Positions 61,830-63,532 of a stretch of 63,532 nt of DNA are shown one piece after another (the stretch's first letter is position 1; every line of letters begins with the position of its first letter). The position numbers and the translations under genes were made by a program. The notes beneath the pieces were generated by a model, which was given only the letters and a program-made list of their open reading frames with translations, had not been told where the DNA came from and made no database searches. Source of the stretch: Rhynchobatus australiae (lineage: Eukaryota); contig JAUZTB010000094.1 in assembly GCA_034780895.1 (NCBI GenBank), forward strand, positions 9,707,992 through 9,771,523. Direction: 5' to 3'.

Positions 61830-63532
61830 TGTTAGAATCATAGAAAGGTTACAGCAAATGAAGAGGCTATTTGGTCCATTATGTCCACACTGGCTTTCTA
61901 TCTCACCACTTCCATCATGCAGCTCCTTCTCAATAACCTTGCAAATTTTTCTTCAACAATTTACATATTCCTATAAAATCTCCTCTTCAAAGAAAACACT
62001 ACCAGCCACTATCATCTATCCTTGTAATTGTTTTCCCTCATCTCAGAATCCATTCTCATAAATCTTTTCTAGACCCTCTCTAATGCCCTCTCATCCTTCC
62101 TGTAATGAGATCACCAGAACTGAATACAATATTCCAGCTGAGACCAGACCAATGGTTCAGCATGACCTCTCTGCTGTAATTATCTATGCCTCTATTGATA
62201 GAGCCTTATTAAGTGCTTTCTCAATATGTCTTGCCACTTTCAATGATTATGTATATCTATAACCCTAGCTCCCTCTGTTCTACTATTTTCAGAAAGAATG
62301 TTTTATTCTATTTTGCCTCTCCTCATTCTCCCTACAAAAATGCACCACATCACAATTCTCGGCAGTAACCTTCACCTACTATGCATCTAACCATTCTACT
62401 TGCCTGTTTATTTTCCACTGCAATTCATCACTGACCTCTTGGCAGTTCACAAAACTGTTAAAGTTTGCATTATCTACAAATTTAGAAATTGTGCTTTGCA
62501 TCTCCATGTCTAAGTCATTAATATAGATCAAAAGTAGCAATGGTCCAACCACTGATCCCAGAGGATGGCATTATTCATCTTCTTTCATTCTGAGAAACAA
62601 TCTTGTTACTTAGCCAACTTCATATCCATGGTATCAATGTCCCTTTTATGCCATGTTCTTCAACTTTGCTGTTAAGCCCGTTATGTGGCACTTTATCAAA
62701 AGCCTCCTGCAAGTCCCCATGCACCACATCGACAATATTACCTTCATCAACTCCTTGTTACCTCATCAAAAAAATTCTACTAAATTGGTTAAACACCATT
62801 TTTTCTTGATAAATCAGTGCTGACTTCCCTTAATTAATCCATTTTCCTCCTGGTGACTATTAATCTTGTCCTAGATCAATATTTCTAAAAGCTTTCCCAC
62901 CACTGAGATTGGACTGGGTGGCCTGCAGTTGCTGGGCTTATCTTTACTCCCTGCGCTCCAGCTTTCTGGCACCACCCCTCATATCCCAAAAGCAATGAAA
63001 TATTTTGGCCAGTGTCCCTGGGATTTCTTCCCATACTCTCTTCAAAATCCCAGATGCATCCTATCTGGTCCTGGCGATTTACCTATTTTTCTAATACCTG
63101 TTTTTACATTTTATTATCCAGTCTCTCAAGCATCTCCTCCTTCATTATTATTTTGGAAACGGCCTCTTCCCTGGTGAAGACAGATGCAAAGTACTCATTT
63201 AATATCTTAAGAGTGCCTTCATCATTCATGTGTAAATTCCCATTTTTGTTCTTAATAGGCCCCAGTCCTCCATGTACTACCCTTTTACTATTTATATGCC
63301 AAAAAATATTTTTGGATTCCCATTTATATTGACAGCTAATCTTTTTTCATATGCTCTGTTTAGCTGTCATATTAATTTTCACTTCCCCTCTGTTTCTTTT
63401 GTAACCAGCCAGGTTGTCACTGGTATTTACAACTTGACACTTGTCATACACATTCCTTTTTTTGCTTTATCTTCTTTTGTATCTCTTTCGTCATCCAGGA
63501 AGCTCTGGAATTTTATTTGTTCTTTTGCCCCT
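61830..63532 (-). mobile_element. Decayed CR1 LINE (ORF2 and 3' tail)
   Basis: Reverse strand has RT remnants (gcttttgataaagtgccacataac, tttgtagataatgcaaact, tgtattcagttctggtgatctcattacaggaagg). Confidence 0.8.

Overview
Eukaryotic genomic DNA, most likely from a cartilaginous fish (inferred from the V-SINE-like, DeuSINE-like and CR1 repeat content and the protein sequence). The window holds the 5' part of one large gene on the minus strand, COL2A1 (collagen alpha-1(II)). I read 32 exons by hand from the ATG at 54670 to exon 32 at 3615. They total 2106 coding nt (702 aa) in one open frame: signal peptide, VWC exon 2, N-propeptide minor helix, N-telopeptide and helix residues 1-498. Helical exons follow the 45/54/99/108-nt fibrillar-collagen pattern. 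The gene continues off the left edge. Introns are expanded by SINEs, CR1/L2 fragments, a recurring hairpin element and several diverged minisatellites. The upstream ~7 kb is mostly decayed LINE sequence. Almost all ORFs in the supplied track are spurious, and there is no prokaryotic system or CRISPR array. The most interesting signals are regulatory. (1) An intact collagen 5' stem-loop with an embedded uORF surrounds the start codon; this element is described for COL1A1/COL1A2/COL3A1, not mammalian COL2A1. (2) A second short uORF lies upstream. (3) Intron 1 requires a GC donor. (4) A perfect 13-bp hairpin buries the exon 2 donor. (5) Intron 1 has a recognisable homologue of the SOX9 48-bp enhancer. 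(6) The N-propeptide lacks the RGDRGD motif. Comparisons with human/mouse sequences are from memory and need alignment. Repeat boundaries are approximate.
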